Positions 63,701-64,000 of a DNA stretch of 64,000 nt are shown in pieces (position 1 is the stretch's first letter; each line of letters opens with the position of its first letter). A program made the translations under genes and the position numbers. This stretch comes from Tubulanus polymorphus. Taxonomy: Eukaryota; Animalia; Nemertea. The stretch lies in the NCBI RefSeq assembly GCF_964204645.1, contig NC_134030.1:15872110-15936109 (forward strand), written 5' to 3'. The notes beneath the pieces were generated by a model that saw only the letters and a program-made list of their open reading frames with translations, did not search any database and was not told where the DNA came from.

Positions 63701-64000
63701 CATCTGTAATTATTTTTATTATTTCTTTCATATTTTCTAAATGTTTTTTATTTTCTTCTAATGTTTTACCTTTATGAAATTTAAACTCGATAGCTGCTGG
63801 ACCAATATCACTTTTAAATGCTTCGGTTATCTCTATATCTTTTTTATTATCTAATGAATTAATATATTTTCTTACATCTTCCATGTATGGTCTTTTATTG
63901 TTTAATTTATTTTTTATGCTTTTAATTGTCTTCTGTTTCTTAACATTATCTTAATCAAAATAATCTTCACCTAAAATATCATTATTCTTATTTCTAATAT
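60721..64000 (-). pseudogene. Protein-primed family B DNA polymerase (pPolB), multiple frameshifts and an internal deletion
   Basis: SSYIKLP..INVQNEDDKCFLWAI, IYGDFES (Exo I), RDHDHLNGKFRGAAHENCN (endonuclease VII-like), FHNLSGYD (Exo II), YLKSDV (Exo III), KLMNNAFYGKT, YFDTDS, FIGIRSKMY, DDKRYI; frame continues upstream of 63884 through one stop to the window edge. Confidence 0.95.

Larger units (their letters stand above)
50949..64000. mobile_element. Decayed, rearranged endogenous Polinton/Maverick-like virus (continues past the window end)
   Basis: Very AT-rich, intronless, tightly packed ORFs including pPolB, rve integrase, A32-like ATPase and a penton-like gene; no terminal inverted repeat visible. 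Confidence 0.93.

Overview
AT-rich animal (invertebrate-type) genomic DNA in three zones. (1) 1-25 kb: the last seven exons of a large spliced + strand C2H2 zinc-finger gene (2461-22772), with introns full of Helentron/DINE-1-like (HINE) repeats, MITEs and LINE scraps. (2) 25-50 kb: repeat-rich DNA with a 5'-truncated CR1/L2-group LINE, a full-length but decayed Ty3/Gypsy LTR element (36966-45310, - strand, ATTC TSD, extra 3' ORF), and a spliced, frameshifted RPA/SSB-like OB-fold gene that the ORF track mostly misses. (3) 51-64 kb: a decayed endogenous Polinton/Maverick-like virus (pPolB, integrase, packaging ATPase, penton-like gene, several membrane proteins) that runs off the right edge. 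There are two main observations. First, all nine surviving Polinton gene starts read TAAATG, six of them as TAA-T(6-9)-N(5-7)-TAAATG. This is the poxvirus late-promoter layout and suggests a virophage-like satellite of a cytoplasmic pox-like helper virus. Second, a ~99%-identical 2.3 kb inverted duplication of flanking DNA brackets an inverted 5 kb segment, and the event appears to have deleted one gene, probably the major capsid gene. All family calls come from motif recognition by eye; no searches were run.
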